From Candidatus Eiseniibacteriota bacterium (GTDB taxonomy: Bacteria; Eisenbacteria; RBG-16-71-46; CAIMUX01; VGJL01), in NCBI GenBank assembly GCA_041946735.1, contig JBHGAY010000005.1:96001-160000 (forward strand): a stretch of DNA of 64,000 nt. Reading direction: 5' to 3'. A program made the position numbers and the translations under genes. A model generated the notes under the pieces. It saw nothing but the letters and a program-made list of their open reading frames with translations. It had not been told where the DNA came from and ran no database searches. This document shows positions 63,526 to 64,000 of this stretch, one piece after another (position 1 is the first letter of the stretch; the number at the start of each line of letters is the position of its first letter).

Positions 63526-64000
63526 ATGCGAAGGTTGTTTCCACTCCTACTCGTCGCCCCGCTTCTGGCGATCGTTCTGAGCGGATGCGTGGAGGACGGC
63601 AGGACACCCACCGGACCCCCGACGGGCTCCGGTTCCGCCTACTCCACTCAACAAATGGCGACCGAGCTGGTGCAGAAAGGCGATTGGCTGGAGGAGGGGG
63701 AGTCGCTGCCCGAAGAGATGGCGCGCGCTGTCACGATGGACAGCCAGAATCTTGTCTACGACTTCGATCGAGAGGTCATCACGGGCAACATCGTGCATTA
63801 CAGCGCCACTCTGCAGACCGGTCCCGGTCCTTACGACCGGATTGGCATCCATCGCGTCGTTCGGGAGACTCGGCCTTTCCGTCCGGTCCGCACCCGGAAG
63901 GCGCTCTTCATGCTCCACGGCGACCTGAAACGTTTCGAGACGATGTTCCTACCCGGCCAGTACTCTCCGAACCTGCCGGACGATTTCGGAATCGCCGCGT
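63526..64000 (+). CDS. Lipoprotein, probable alpha/beta hydrolase; 3'-truncated by window edge (absent from the ORF track)
   Basis: GGAGG SD; MRRLFPLLLVAPLLAIVLSGC lipobox; ...IGIHRVVRE...ALFMLHGD...; frame open to the window end. Confidence 0.7.
   Translation, partial: MRRLFPLLLVAPLLAIVLSGCVEDGRTPTGPPTGSGSAYSTQQMATELVQKGDWLEEGESLPEEMARAVTMDSQNLVYDFDREVITGNIVHYSATLQTGPGPYDRIGIHRVVRETRPFRPVRTRKALFMLHGDLKRFETMFLPGQYSPNLPDDFGIAA

Noticed and set aside
1..64000. tRNA, rRNA, IS elements, integrases, prophage genes
   Set aside because: No recognisable sequence or protein motifs seen; a tRNAscan-SE/Infernal run would be needed to exclude small RNAs such as selC.

Overview
Very GC-rich bacterial DNA. 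A FlgD-Ig/'Por-like' C-terminal domain points to an FCB-related lineage such as Ca. Eisenbacteria or Latescibacterota; this is inference only. The window is dominated by cell-surface glycan genes. (i) A Wzx/Wzy-type locus at 3.9-19.2 kb (Wzc, several GT4/GT2, CgeB-type GT, methyltransferase, Wzy/WaaL-like, Wzx, WecA, beta-helix protein). (ii) An unusual ulosonic-acid operon (RraA-type aldolase, NeuB, NeuA, histidine phosphatase) behind a sigma54-like promoter. (iii) A second tailoring locus at 33-48 kb (GT-C, AsnB, epimerase, carbamoyltransferase, GlpD-like oxidoreductase, GT4, two methyltransferases, LPG-synthase TM protein, tandem GT2). Also present: namZ with a fused murU-amgK-like gene, a LigC/primase-polymerase repair cassette, a hybrid histidine kinase, an amidase, hisN, and three deletion remnants. 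The top finding is a secreted 8-bladed beta-propeller gene (30670-32466, minus strand) that the ORF track splits in two. The break is one in-frame TGA inside a C-V-G-(TGA) CxxU motif, followed by a hairpin that fits the bacterial SECIS model, so it is a candidate new exported selenoprotein. No rRNA, tRNA, CRISPR or transposase was recognised. All family calls come from motif recognition by eye; no searches were run.
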